This document shows positions 52,501-64,000 of a stretch of DNA of 64,000 nt, in pieces. This stretch comes from Amphiscolops sp. MND2022 (lineage: Eukaryota): positions 90,212,001 to 90,276,000 of the forward strand of contig OZ076409.1 of assembly GCA_964187785.1 (NCBI GenBank), read 5' to 3'. Each line of letters begins with the position of its first letter. Position 1 is the stretch's first letter. The notes beneath the pieces were generated by a model. It had not been told where the DNA came from and searched no databases. It saw only the letters and a list, made by a program, of their open reading frames with translations. A program made the translations under genes and the position numbers.

Positions 52501-55500
52501 ACATTGACAGACTTCTCATTTTTGCCAATTTGAAGATTTTTTGAAGATACCGAAAAACGGTACAAGTTAATGTTTGATAAAGCGCTAACTAGTTCAATTG
52601 ATGACCGTTTGATGATTTTGATGAAACTTCTTTGAGTTAGTTGACAGTACCTGATGAGGAACGAGAATGTAGACGTTTTGTTACATCGGTGCTACGCTAA
52701 GGGAGCGTTATTTCTATAATACTGCGGGATGGACGCCGATAAGCAGATCTTAATTCAGACCGAGTAGTCAGACCTTTTTGACCTTGAGCGAGTCACTTTG
52801 AAACCTCAGCATCAAGTCCACCATTACTTGACGATTTGGCTGCAAATATGGTACCATAGCTTGCTATGGGAAGATACTATCCGAAAAAGGGCGCCAACTT
52901 AGAAAAGCAGAACAGCTTATTCGGCGTTCACCTCGCGGAATTGGGGAAATTAACTTCTTCTTCTTTATTCTCAAATGTAGATCAGATACACTTTCATAAT
53001 TTTCACTCACACCATCAGATTCGACGCTGTTTAGATTATTGCACTTGGAGGTTTTGGAGGCGATGCACGGGTTTTGTGGACACTTAGTCCCATCTTCGCA
53101 CACGTTTCCCAGCCAGAAGTCGACGCATTGGCAAGAGAAGGACCCTTCTGTGTTCTGGCACGTGGCTGCATTCGAACATAGCCCGTTGCATGGCACATCT
53201 GGGTCATTTTCGCATATTGCGCACTCATTGATGTCATCTGCACACCTTTTGCCCTCATATCCAGCGGGACAGGTGCAATTGAAGTCGTTAATGAGGTCAG
53301 TACATGGTCCCCTTACACATGGATTGACCTCACACTCGTCAATTTCAACCTCACAGTTGTCTCCTACGTAGCCTGTAAACAAATTTGATCAACATAGAGC
53401 CGAAAACTAGTCAGAAGCTCTAGACTTCAAATTTAGAAGGTGAAGCGATTTTAGAAAATGTTCAAGAAATCTTTATTACATTCTAAGTACAATTAGCATT
53501 TCAATTTTTGAACCTCGTCCAAATTGATGAGAATCAAAATTTGAGAAAGAAATGGATAAATTCTGGCTAGTAAATGTCTTAGGTTTAACAAATCCATTGT
53601 TTGAAGTAAAAATGAAATGAAGCGTAACCCATTGTGCGTAACAAAATAGCAAATGAAACTAGCCTTGTATGTCTTTTTTGTGGTTTGAAATGTAACCCAG
53701 ATGAATATCATATGTTATTAACCTGTAATGAACTTAGCGAAAGGAGAGAAGAGCACCTGCCGGAATTTTTATATAAGTATCCGAATATCGTAAAATTTGA
53801 CCAGTTGATGAACTCCACCAATAATACTCAACTAAGAAACCTCGCCTCACTGTGGGAGTCCATCCGGACCCTCTGTTGTGCTAAATTTGACATGTTAAAA
53901 TCAAACTTTACTGTAAATTGTACGCCTCCGGGCAACAAATGATTAATTCAATTCATTATATTCTATCGCACAACCTAAAACACCGAATCGAATGATTTGA
54001 AATGACAGTCAATTCACACAGAACGAGTTCCTAAAAGCGGGAATGCAGTGTAAATAGGCAGAGCAAAGTTATGTTTTTTGAGCAGCAAAATTTTTGATGC
54101 TTTCAGATACTGACTGTCACTTCTTTTCTAAGTTTAATTAATACATTTTGCTCATGGAACTGTATTTGCTCATGTTACCTGTATTGGAGCAGTCACATCT
54201 GAAGCCTCGCCATTCGGAGTTGATGACATTGCACTGGCCCGTGTTACAAGTGTCCTCCGGTGGAAACTTAGGGTCACACATGTTGAGATTCGAACATTCT
54301 GAGACAACTCCACTGTCATCTTCCATCACATACCCGTTTTCAGTTCTACCAAAAAAGTGAAATAAAAAGATTACGTCAAGCTACTATTTATTTTTTTCTT
54401 AGAACATCAAGCTTCACTCACGATGTACATTCAGTGCAAGATACTCAGTATTACATATACCCTAGTCGAGCCTCCGTGAACTTTTTACATGTTGCATGGA
54501 TGCATGCAGGGAATTTTTCTTTAAAATAGAAAAGTCATGTGCAGGGAAAATCTTGTGAAACTTCCCTGCATCTTTGAAAGTCTTGGAAGTTTTTCACTGA
54601 GCTTTAAAAAAAGCTCTGCAACGTAATAAATTTTTGGAAAAAAGTTCAATTTTCATATCAAAACCTTTAGAAAAAGTCCCTGAAAGTTTTGAACAAGAGT
54701 TCATTTCTCCGATGAAAAAGTTGACTTCTCTCAGAATACTGATAGAAACTAGAAAAAGTTTTAGAACTAGAAATAATTTTAAAAAACTATAGAAACCATA
54801 TATCTATTGGAATCTGTTAAGAGTAAAGGTGGGCGCCGTTACCACAGTAGTGATTCTAGAAGAAGCAACCTAGCACGCAGAAAGAAAGCAAATAAACAAA
54901 TATCATTGGCTGATCAAGGTCTCACGCGCTCATTTCATTGGTCGAGAGCAATTTCCAAAACAATTTTTTAGTTTTTTGAAATTTTGAACCGCTTAAAGTC
55001 TTTTGAATTCAAAATAATTTTGACAAAAATTTTCGCGAAACATTCGAATCTGACAATACTTTTTTTTCCTCGAAAATATTCTAAATTGTATTAGTATGAG
55101 CTTGTTTTAAGTTGTTAAACTTCGAAATCGTATCTTAATACATGTATTTTCGAAAATTTTACAGCGTATTCTTTCTACTATTTTAGGATGATTTCTAAAT
55201 CAAAACATATCAAGGGCTTCAGTTAAATCAGGGGAGTCGATTGCATATAAGATTTCTCTAAAATTTCAAGCAAATGTTGACTAAAAGTGAGAAAAACCTC
55301 AATTTTGACCTAAATTTGGTTAAAAATGGCCTATCGTAACTTCTACAATTTTCATCGCATAACCTTCAAATAAACATATTTGTCAACTAGATAAAAATCT
55401 AACAAACTTTCACTTTCATCATTTTTCAAAAATCACTGCTGTTTTAGAGATATTCGATTCTGATATTTGCCCTTTGTTGCTGTTAGAAATATCACTACTG

Positions 55501-56970
55501 ATTTTTTTCGGCGGCGGCGTGAGATCAAAAATCGATCGGCGGCGGCGTCGCCGGCGTGAAACAATAAATCGATAACAAAAATTGTTCACGTACTGCGTCT
55601 GTGGGACGTCTAATTTTGCAAAATTTAGATCAAAATTTAGTAGTATATACAAGTTGTTGAAAGTGATATTACAAAGCTCCAAAATTGTTTGCAGAACTGA
55701 TTTGGAAGTGTCTTCACAAATTTAATAATATTTGATCAAGCGTTTTTTGATTTCCTCCAGAATCACTGGGTTTCGAGCTAATTTAGTTTCAGTCCAAATC
55801 ATTTTTTTACAATCAGGGGTCCAATTAATTTATTACAGCATCTGCTCTTTTCTGTTTCCCCCCACCACCAATTGTTTTGGGAAGTTTGTGAAAATGTTAT
55901 AAAAAATCGACTTGAATACAAACTAGAAAGCTTCAGTTTTAAATTTATTCTCAGGGTGAGACTTTAGGATTTAGATACAAACTTTGTTCACACTTTTTCC
56001 CTATGTAGTAACGCATTTTTGATGAAGAAATCAACAGCTTCCTGTTTTGTGTCACCAATAGACACTAAATATGAACATAATTATAGTCAAAATGTGTGAA
56101 CTTCACACATTTTGACTATAATTATGTTCATATTTAGTGTTTATTGATGAATCAAAACAGGAAGCTGTTGATTTCTTCATCAAAATGCGTAACTACATAG
56201 GGACAATGTTTTTGAACAATGTTTTGTTCAAGCGGAAAACTACTTCAATAGAAGTTAACTTCGTGTTATGAAAGAAGGTTTTACTTTTAATTAGGCTAGT
56301 GTAAAGTTTTTACAGAAAGTTATTTTTGAAACTTTTGGTGGTGGGGGGGGGCAGAAAAGAGCCAGAGTATGTTATGTGTTGATGCCGGAGTACTCGGATA
56401 TACATCGGCGTGAACGGAGTGGAGGTCCCCCAAGTCGGCGGCGCCCACCTCTAGTTAAGAGGGACTGCGTTGTGTTTCAGCTCAAATGTCATTCGTGATG
56501 TGCCAGCGGATTTCCAAATCCAAAATTGAGCTGTCAAGTTTTTAAAACTAAGAGTCACTGTGTTGCCATATAGCGAGATATTATCGCGGTAACTGAAACT
56601 TTTTGAAGAACAGGTTTTCAAATGGAGTTTGACGGTGGTACTCACTCCACGAAGAAAAAGGGCAACAATGCTCCGTTGAGACGAACGTCCTCTAGACAAC
56701 CATTCACACTTTGAGGATCATCAGACATAAAATGATTCGTGTTGATAATTTCTCCGAACTTTAAACCTCCTATCAAAACTTTGTTGCTGCAACTCATGTC
56801 GAAGAAGGATCCCGAATAGCTCCTTTCCACTAAGGGTTCTTCTTCAATTCTCAGTTCCATTTTTTGTTGCTGGATTTCTAGAAGTATTTTGTGGTTTTCG
56901 CCGTCAATTAAATTGCATTCAAACTCAACTGTTCCTGATATGGATGATGAGCGGATTCCAATGCAGCCTC
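46560..56970 (-). CDS. crb: Crumbs apical polarity protein (3' part: laminin-G, EGF repeats, TM helix, cytoplasmic tail)
   Basis: Phase-consistent exons 56970-56646 (LamG end, GCLEDVRLNG), 54345-54179, 53372-52990, 52389-52251, 47776-47528, 47041-46560. The TM helix is followed by the FERM-binding GTYRPKSTE and a terminal PDZ-binding ERLI. Upstream exons were not located. Confidence 0.93.
48261..49735 (+). mobile_element. Two tandem Helentron/DINE-like elements in a crumbs intron
   Basis: Start tttttagtcggcgc; 3' ends at ~48612 (ggcgccgacttgagctgttccctgctc) and ~49735 (ggcgctgacttgggccgttcccgg). Confidence 0.6.
50885..51650. repeat. Tandem repeat, ~175-bp unit, about 4 copies
   Basis: ttcgttaatt.ttccacccaaaaac recurs near 50943, 51120, 51292 and 51468, with gatttgaatccc in each unit. 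Confidence 0.85.
51705..51917. repeat. GC-rich cluster of CCACCGGTGG palindromes
   Basis: Seven perfect copies counted; the block ends gatttccaacccgggta. Confidence 0.85.
53634..53942 (+). mobile_element. 3' remnant of a non-LTR retrotransposon ORF2
   Basis: CLFC....DEYHMLLTC...R..HLP...YPNIVKFDQLMNS..LRNL fits the C-terminal CCHC-type region of LINE reverse transcriptases. Confidence 0.65.
54845..55500. mobile_element. Probable MITE with CAGTAGTGAT / ATCACTACTG termini
   Basis: 10-bp exact inverted repeat plus a further partial match; a related terminus lies at ~10826. Confidence 0.45.
55842..56365. repeat. Foldback element: ~206-bp palindromic core (55998-56203, centre 56101) with degenerate outer arms
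   Basis: Core arms are complementary with a few mismatches; outer arms ctgctcttttctg..ccccaccacca / tggtggtgggg..cagaaaagagccag. Confidence 0.85.
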
Positions 56971-59900
56971 CTGAAATAGTTTATACAGCTATTGAGCTTA
57001 AAATAAACAAGCAGTGTTGATTGAATTCAACAATTTTTGTGGTTTACGTTAATGTTAATTGGCATTTTGGGGTACTTAGTAGGCTTTTGACGAATTACAA
57101 TACACCATTTTTTAAAAGCTCGTTTTTTAAGTGAATTTGATCAAAATCAATCAGAAGTTGCCATTTTGATGGTTTGTTTAACGTACGGACTTCGGAACTA
57201 TTGTGGTTTGTCAAAAATTATGTCAAAAATGTCAAAAATTAAATGAAATCCAGGAAGCGAAAATTAGTATGTCACATGCCATTTTGAAAATTTGAGATTT
57301 ATTTTTGAGAAGTTTCCACTAACCAGCAATCATTTCGACTGTGAAGAAGCAGTTGTCACCTGTGACGTATAAAATGACTCCTTGGGCTTGTCGGCTTTGT
57401 ATGGAAAATTCGAGAGAGACGACGTTACCCGAAACACCATCCTGGGGAGTAATCAAGACATAAGAATTGGTCGAAAAAGTCGCGACACCAGAGCCTGCAA
57501 ATTTACACAGCTGACTTTGAGTTCACTATATCCATTTTGAATAAAAACCTGAATTTTTCTCTAAAAACAGGTGTGCTAAGCAACCAAAGAAAAAGTTGTT
57601 GGACTCTGTGGTACCTAAAGTTGGACCCAGATTGCAACCAAAATATTAATAAATGGCAAAATTTTTTTAAATTAGCTGTTTCGGTGTCATTTTGAGGCAC
57701 CTTGCCAACCAAAAACGGCATACATTTTGTTCTATTTACACATTTTTTCGAAAACCAACCTAAGAACTTGAGCTTGCTGTATATGTCGACTGTAGTCGAA
57801 AACTGTATAGAAATAAAACTGATGTCAAAAACTGAGAAATTTGAGAGTGTTTGGCTTTTTCATGTCCATTTAGCGGCATTCTTTCTTGGAAATGCATAAT
57901 TTTACTCTGAAATAACGTACTCGACAGCCAATTATTACGTCGTTGAACTCTTTGAAGATTTTTGTACATGAGAACAATCGCAAACTGTCTAAAATTACAA
58001 ATACGTTGTCAAAAATTCAGACAGTTTCGATTTATTGGCTTTTTGGGGTCATTTTGATGCAATGCTCATCCAAAAAACTTCCGATAGAGCATTCCGATAG
58101 AGCATATATAGCGCAATTCATTATATTGTCGTTTTACTTTGACATTACTGTATTCCACAAAACAATCAACAACTATAATATGAATTGTGTAACAGTACCC
58201 TCTTGGAACAAATTGGAACATGTTCAGAAAAGTGGTGAAAAACTCTAATCCGATATTTGACGTGGCACTGAGCATGTGAATGCTATTATTGCTGTTATTA
58301 GCCATTTTGAATGCAAAACGAGGACGAGAGCAGACAGAGAAAGAACGTCGTAAACGAAACAGCTTGAGAGCTAGCAAAGATTTTTACAGGTGCTAAGACC
58401 CAGTTTCTTTTGCTTTTTGGCATTAAGTTTTCTTGAGTGTCGAAAAGAAGAAAAATGAGTCTTTCCGCATAAAGATCCTTTTTGGTACATGGAGCCCCAG
58501 CTTGTAGCTGGGTAGTCTGCTAGTTTGAGGTGTTATTGATGTATTTTCCTTGTAATCAGCCGTATTTTTTGGATCGAGATCTAGGTTTTGCGATTTTAGA
58601 CGTTCTTCAGATGTCACCCTGGAAATGGAAATTTACCATGTTCTTGGTATTGTTTTATTGTGCTAGCTTAACGGTGGTCTTTAGAAAGTCAGGAAGATGC
58701 CGTTACTATTGGCAATCAAAGACTAGGACAATAAATTGGTACGAATTCGTCGAAGCACCCACGGCTCCGAGCGTATTTCAGCTTTGAGTCAGACTGTATC
58801 TGCGTCGATTGGCGCCTGTACCGGGCGACGCACCCTTTCTACAGGATCCTCCACCACTGTTAATGTTATAAACTTGCCGTTAGATTCCATTAAACAAGTT
58901 AAAAAAATAGAACGTTTTGAATAATTTGGGGTTACTTTGGTTAGGGGCGGAAGATTCCTTATTAACAAATCCAGAAAAACCGTCGACCAACAAATAGTCG
59001 TCGATCATTTCATTGCACTGATTTGATTTAACAGTGTTCACAAAAAGATACCATTTCAATTACTGAGTCATTTTGTCATTTAAATGAGATCTTGAGAACA
59101 AGTATCAGTTTGACACTAATATTGAGCAAAAAATTTTAATTGCACTTAATCAACTCATCGAGACGCTGATTGAGCAACGGGATATTATCAGTCCTGTACT
59201 ATTTAACCAATCAACTTTCAAAAAATTTGTTCCCAAATTGCACAAAAGAATAGAACTAATATTGTGAAAAATCTGTGATAATGGAAGTTTCTTTCAACTG
59301 TTAAAATTTTGTTAGCAGAACGTTCTCTCAAAACCATATTTAAAAGTAACCAATAATAGCAATTATTGCACAAGTGACAATAAATATTAAAATAAGTGGA
59401 CTCAATATTATTAGACAATTCCTAATAGATAAGCTAATTTGCGGCAACGTTTTAGAGAACGCAATTAGCTACGACGGAATTTCTATTGACGAAATTTACG
59501 GTAATCACTTTTGTCAATTCCAAAAATTCAAATCTCTCCAAAAGTACATATCCCACGAAATTGAGTTTGTAGTAGTTGATATCTGTGGAAGGAACTGTAC
59601 AATTTGGGTATAAATTTGGAACATATCAAATTTGGGGAAAACACGACTAAGCAGTTTCCCTTTCTCATATGAAATATTGGCGGAAAAGAAAGATGCGAAA
59701 CAATTTTCAATTGTTTGAATGGAAGTTACCAAGCAGACTCTGTTTTTCAGAATGCTTGTTTATCTGATTAAAATTCTTCACATAAAATCAACTAGATTAT
59801 AAAAACTTACTTAAATTTGTTGCATGGACGACAGATATTAACGAAATGATGTCAAGAGTTAGCAGATAGCCAATGTAAAGTGAACCGGTTAACATTATTC

Positions 59901-61688
59901 AGCTAAGTAGGATAAGTTTTAAGTTTCAGAACGAATCAATGATAGAACGAAATGAAAATGTAAATTTTGGACACATTGAGACGGGAGCCAAAAGCAATGT
60001 TTGATCAATCGTTTCACCATAACCAGCGCATAGTTTGGAAACGTAGACGGTTTCTGTGATTGTGTTGGTATGTTTATTCACAAAGCTCCATCTTTGGCTG
60101 GTTGGTTGGTACCGGTTTTCTATTCATTACAGAAAAGTGTTGAATCAAACAAACTATGTGTCATTTAAACGAAAGTGATATCATTGTCATCAATGACAAA
60201 AGTTTCATTTAAGAGTAATCCAGCTGAGAACTCTTCGGGAATCGAAGATTGTCCCGCTGAGGTTCATCACATGTTATTGAAACGTTTCTCAACGAACGAA
60301 CGAACAAAAAAATAAACCCTCGATTTTTTTCTAATGGAAAATATTAATAATCGTCAGACCAACATTTGGCTCTGGAAAACAAATGGTTCCATTTTTTTGT
60401 AATTGAAAGCCAAAGTAACAAAAGAAAAACAGGCGCAACAAAATGTCGCGCTGGCCTTCGAGCACATAGGCTCAATTTTGTTTATGTTGCGCTAGAAAAC
60501 CTGAGCATACCAGATTAGAGAATATTCGGATTACATCCGGTCTGCGAAAACTATGCTTGAATTTGCGATTCAAAAATCCGGAAATTTCAATGCGCAAAAA
60601 TTTGGCTTGCGTTCCTGTAGTACTGCATACGGAAACATGGACATGGAATGAGTTTGCAAGATATAGAAGTTCAAAACAAGAAAAAATTGATACAAAGGCC
60701 CATTATCATGCTATTTCCAAAAAAAACCATCAGGACGAACATTTTTCAGAAATTTCTCCAGCAAATTTTCAGCTTAGGGTTTGGTCGAAATTTCAACAAA
60801 TACATGGTTCTCGTGCGAAATCGTAACTATGAGATATGAAGGTTTGAATTCGAAAATCCAAAAATTTCGACATTTTCCATGTAATTTTTGCAAAAAAAGC
60901 CATGGAAATGATTTCCTTGGAAATAATTTTGCAGCTAAGATTTCTTGAAAAAACTTCCGGACAATTTGGAAAAATTGGCTTTATCAAAAATATTTCTGAA
61001 GAAATTTTTTTCCGACTTTTGATCACCTATTTCTCGGTGAAAAAAAATCGTATAAGAACCAAAATGTCAGTTATGTACGCAAAACATGCTACCACGTCGG
61101 TTAGTGTTTATTTTGGGTCAATATCGACTTTTACTGGTAGTCAAGTTAAGGAAAAATGGTGAAAAATCCGGAAAAAGTTTGGAAATCTTTCGTTTTCGAA
61201 GCTAATGAAACTGCGGAGGCGAAAAGCTTTTCGACAATTTGTATATTGTTAGAAAGGACATTCAATTACATAAAATTTAGCGGCATCATGAATGGTCTGG
61301 AATGAAAAGGTTCTATGAAAAAGCCTGTACAAATGCAGGGGGTATGTCACGAGGAATAATCCAAAGCGACCCAAATGCTGATAACGATGGAATATAGAGA
61401 CTTCTTACTGAGCTCGAAGCCTAAAACACATTAACAATCACACTGCGAAGTTTCCGACGAAGACCAAAGTTGTGACCAGACAACCTGAGGAGCTCTTTAA
61501 CGTAAAATGGCAAGCAATCCGATCGATTTTTACGGACAGCTTACGATAAGAAATTTTGCTTTTGAGTGGATGTATCAAGTGATTTGTTTCTAAGAAAATT
61601 GAGTATTCCCAAGGTGAGAGCAGGAATAACGTCTAAACTTGAAACAATTTCCTGAGAGAAACGTCCAATTTTTCCTGGTCTGTTTTAC

Positions 61689-62617
61689 GGTTCACTATCA
61701 TTTTACCACACGTTCATTCCACCCCACACTTATTTTACCCAACATTGTTATTATTCCAATTCGTCTCAAATTAATTATTAAATTACCACAAATTATTATT
61801 GTTACATATTACATAACTTCAATCTTAGTGACCAATTATGCAATAAGATAATCAAAAGATGCCGGTTGTTGAACTACGAAAACGGAACAAATACTTCACT
61901 CATCGGAATTGTAATACTTGTAAACGAGACACTGAAATTTCTTCAATTTTTCTGTCAATATTTTGGGGTTCTAGGAAATTACGCCCAACGAAATTACGCC
62001 CAAGGAAATTACGTCCAAGGAAATTACGCCCAAGGAAATTACGCGCAAACAGAAATTACGCCCAAGGAAATTAGGCTATTCAAAGCGAGTAGCAGCGATT
62101 ATTTTCAGGTTATTATTTGAAGAGGTTAGCATATTTGTTGTATGGCTCGGTCGCTTCGCTCCCTTCGCTAGGTAGCAACATTGAGGCACGGCCATATGGC
62201 ACGTCGCTTCGCTCCTGCATTTAGGGCACTAGGGGTATGTGAGCATAGCTGATTACATTGTCGTAATTTCATTGGGCATAAATTACGTTCGGGCGTAATT
62301 TCCTTGGGCGTAATTTCCTTGGGCGTAATTTCCTTGGGCGTAATTTCCTTGGGCGTAATTTCCTTGGGCGTAATTTCCTTGGGCGTAATTTCCGGACACC
62401 ATATTTTGGATAGCACGAATCTTGAGCAAAAATTTTCGTTTTCTGATTTTTCACTTACGCATGACAAGAACCTGTCAATCAAATCAATGCTAAGACAAAT
62501 TAGACAGTAGGTATCAAAGTTCCTTTGCTAATTGGTTAATTATTATGAGACGCTTTTAAAAAATTAACATGTAAATGTGGGATGAAATGAATGTGGGATG
62601 AAACGAACGTACACCCA
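61689..62617. mobile_element. Older catttcacccca-family foldback element hosting the 61967-62400 insertion
   Basis: Left cattttaccacacgttcattccacccca and right tgggatgaaacgaacgtacaccc; body similar to 30141-30604. Confidence 0.6.
61967..62400. mobile_element. Mutator-like foldback element with 15-bp tandem arms (GGAAATTACGCCCAA)
   Basis: About 6 forward and 8-9 reverse units, GG...CC ends, perfect 9-bp TSD ATATTTTGG (61958-61966 and 62401-62409). Confidence 0.85.
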
Positions 62618-63234
62618 TTTTAGCCCGTACCAGTTTTCTCTCGTGCCCCGGAGCTGTTGGCAGATTGTCGGGTTAAGAAAGGTCGAGCATGAGACCGGAG
62701 TACAGATTACATAGCAATCGAGTGGGATCGTGTCTACTCGACATCGAATGTTTTTATTTGAACGTTTTTCCCGATGGAACTTTTGACGTTATTCCTGCTC
62801 GCTAAATCAAACCTTGCATTGGCTGTTAGCACTCACAACATATTGTGATAATAAATTTTAAAACCCTAGAGTAACAATCACTAACAAAAACATAGTTTTG
62901 GGCGAGACCCAGAAAGTGTTTACTAATTTGTTAATCCACAATGTTCTTTGACACTTTCATAGTATCTTGTTCATTTTGTTGTAAGTAAACAAATGCTTTC
63001 TGTCAGCCCTTTGGCTTTCAACACCTTCAGTGAATTTCGTCAATTGGAAAACAATACATCGAGGTTCAGGTGTTTCGAACTGTCAGTATATCGTAAACTA
63101 TATCGCCTGGTGGCATTTTGACTCAACGTTGAAAAACGGTATTATGTTCTGATAATGATATACGATATGATGAAGGTTTTCTATGCAAAGTAGAAATTTG
63201 AATAAGCAACTGGATGAAACTGTATTCGCTGAAA

Positions 63235-63810
63235 GGGTTTAGTATCATTTCACCCCACGTTCATTTCACCCCATATCATTTCACCCCATGTCATTTCACC
63301 CCACATTCATTTCACCCCAGGTTCATTTCACCTCAGGTTCATTTCACCCCAAATTCATTTCACCCCACGTTCATTTCACCCCACATTTAAATTATCAAAT
63401 GCGTCTCAGATTAATTACTAAAGCCACCCAATTTCAATCTTAGCGCTAATAGAAAAGCGTCTTGAATCTAATTACCAATTAAATAAGCAAGCGATGCTTT
63501 CTATGTGAACCACAAATTCGAAACCGAATAGTTTCACTTATCGGAATTGTAATACTAATCTGAACAAGGCGCTGAAAAATTATTTTTTTCAATGAATCAA
63601 AATCTACAATTATGGATGCTGCGAATCTGCAGCAACAATTTCCTATTCCGTTTTCGTACGACAAAAAATTTCCTGCAGGCCAGAAACCTCAAAGACAGTA
63701 GGTCATCAAAGTTTAATTGTTAATTAACGTGAGACGCTTTTGTATACTTAAAATATGGTGTGAAATGAGAGTGGGGTGAAACGAATGTGGAGTGAATTGA
63801 ACGCACACCC
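63235..63810. mobile_element. Foldback element with an expanded left array of (TT)CATTTCACCCCA units
   Basis: About 9 tandem units on the left; right end tggggtgaaacgaatgtggagtgaattgaacgcacaccc; GGGT...ACCC termini. Confidence 0.7.
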
Positions 63811-64000
63811 TTTTCTTGCTTTTCCTGAATTTAGGATGTAGTGAAACAAACGCACTCAGGTGAAATTGTAAGTTAGCTATCAAAACCTTTAAAATAAAAG
63901 CCAAACTTAAAGATGTGACCGGCTATCAAAAAAGAAGTTAATCGCCAGCGTCTGAAGTTAGAGAATTGCCATTTCACCCCTCTCTATGAAAGAAAACTAA

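Noticed and set aside
46560..56970. Notch, Delta/Serrate or Eyes shut as the identity of the EGF gene
   Set aside because: LamG plus a TM helix and a short tail with GTY and terminal ERLI point to Crumbs.
59811..60256. Further crumbs exon on the minus strand
   Set aside because: There is a good donor at 59810, but in-frame stops interrupt the frames I tried.
61976..62395. CRISPR-like array or repeat-peptide ORFs (KLRPR, EITPK, GVISL)
   Set aside because: The 15-bp units have no unique spacers and form the inverted arms of a TSD-flanked element. The ORFs arise only because the unit length is a multiple of 3.

Overview
This is AT-rich, intron-containing animal genomic DNA; many introns are about 60-75 bp and others are enlarged by transposons. 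Six protein-coding genes can be rebuilt by hand from GT-AG exon chains. On the + strand are an EVC2/Limbin-like gene (5' end outside the window, with a near-identical ~2.87 kb tandem duplication of internal exons), a CoREST/RCOR-like ELM2-SANT-SANT gene, SMIM4/UQCC5, a small Maf-like bZIP with a degenerate basic region, and a FASTKD/RAP-domain gene. On the - strand is the 3' part of crumbs. Introns and intergenic DNA carry many non-autonomous DNA transposons: an abundant Helentron/DINE-like family, two internally deleted hAT elements with perfect 8-bp TSDs, hAT MITEs, Mutator-like foldback elements with 9-bp TSDs, Tc1/mariner-like MITEs, tRNA-derived SINE heads and a LINE remnant. Three things stand out: a possible bicistronic SMIM4-bZIP unit whose spacer is a MITE with splice signals at both ends; two abutting near-perfect palindromes (209 and 413 bp); and an EVC2-like protein that ends before the W-peptide. 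All gene and family names come from remembered motifs, not database searches.
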